NCBI GenBank assembly: GCA_040954595.2
Contig: CM082587.2
Span: 3,418,275 to 3,482,274, forward strand
Direction: 5' to 3'
Source: Balanoglossus misakiensis
Lineage: Eukaryota; Animalia; Hemichordata
Length of the DNA: 64,000 nt
The notes under the pieces were generated by a model. That model saw only the letters and a list, made by a program, of their open reading frames with translations. It was not told the origin of the DNA and made no database searches. Shown piece by piece: positions 63,467-64,000 of this stretch; positions within the stretch are counted from its first letter, which is position 1, and each line of letters begins with the position of its first letter. The translations under genes and the position numbers were made by a program.

Positions 63467-64000
63467 CTGCAATCATACAAACAAAGTCTTCATTAAAATG
63501 AACATTCAACACATGGTCAACGTTTGCGCCTAATAAAAAATACTTAGTTGAATTTTATTGGTTCGTTTTGCAGCTATGCTACTGACGAATGTGAGTAATC
63601 TTCATACAGAACCCAGTCTATAACATATGAAAGTACTGCCACCGTTTGGTTTCTCAGTTTTATGGGCAGGTCTTGTATAAAGTCTTTGGCAAGAATATAT
63701 TAGACAGGTGACGCGCAGTGTTTCCATTCGTTGCGGAGAGACCTTCAGATATTACACCTAGCCACGACTGTCGGAAAGTCCTACTCTAAGTTCGACGACA
63801 GTGACAAGTTTCAGGTTTCATACCAACATTTCGACCCTACACGGACGAGCGCCCTCAGAAAGCCTTCCCCAACTGATGTTGGGAGAACCGTTTGATACTT
63901 GGAGTGCATATGGAACGGAGAATGACTTTTGAGGGGAGATGGAAATTATGGCGTGAATTATTTGTTTAAAATCTTCGTTCTATTTTGAATACTAGTATAG

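Overview
Eukaryotic, intron-rich animal DNA; gene content and style suggest an invertebrate deuterostome, possibly a hemichordate or echinoderm (inference only). Exons were assembled by hand from GT-AG sites and reading frame. Genes in order: 3' part of XAB2/SYF1 (+); an uncharacterised ~930 aa protein with an elongated GATA-like zinc finger, Cys modules and a polyQ tail (-); ZZZ3 (+), head-to-head with it; a histamine N-methyltransferase-like gene (-); a laminin chain carrying both a beta-type LF and a gamma-type L4 domain (-); a centrosomin/CDK5RAP2-like gene with a degenerate CM1 motif and tandemly duplicated N-terminal exons (+); a frameshifted UNC5-like death-domain remnant; and two paralogous tiny GPI-anchored mucin-like genes (-) that are absent or only partly captured in the ORF track. 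In both of these, skipping the GPI exon would give a secreted form ending GM(Q/R)DDA. Non-coding features include MITEs, a 53-bp satellite that folds back on itself, duplicated promoter-like modules and a probable spliced non-coding unit containing three tandem arrays. No rRNA, tRNA or CRISPR array was seen.
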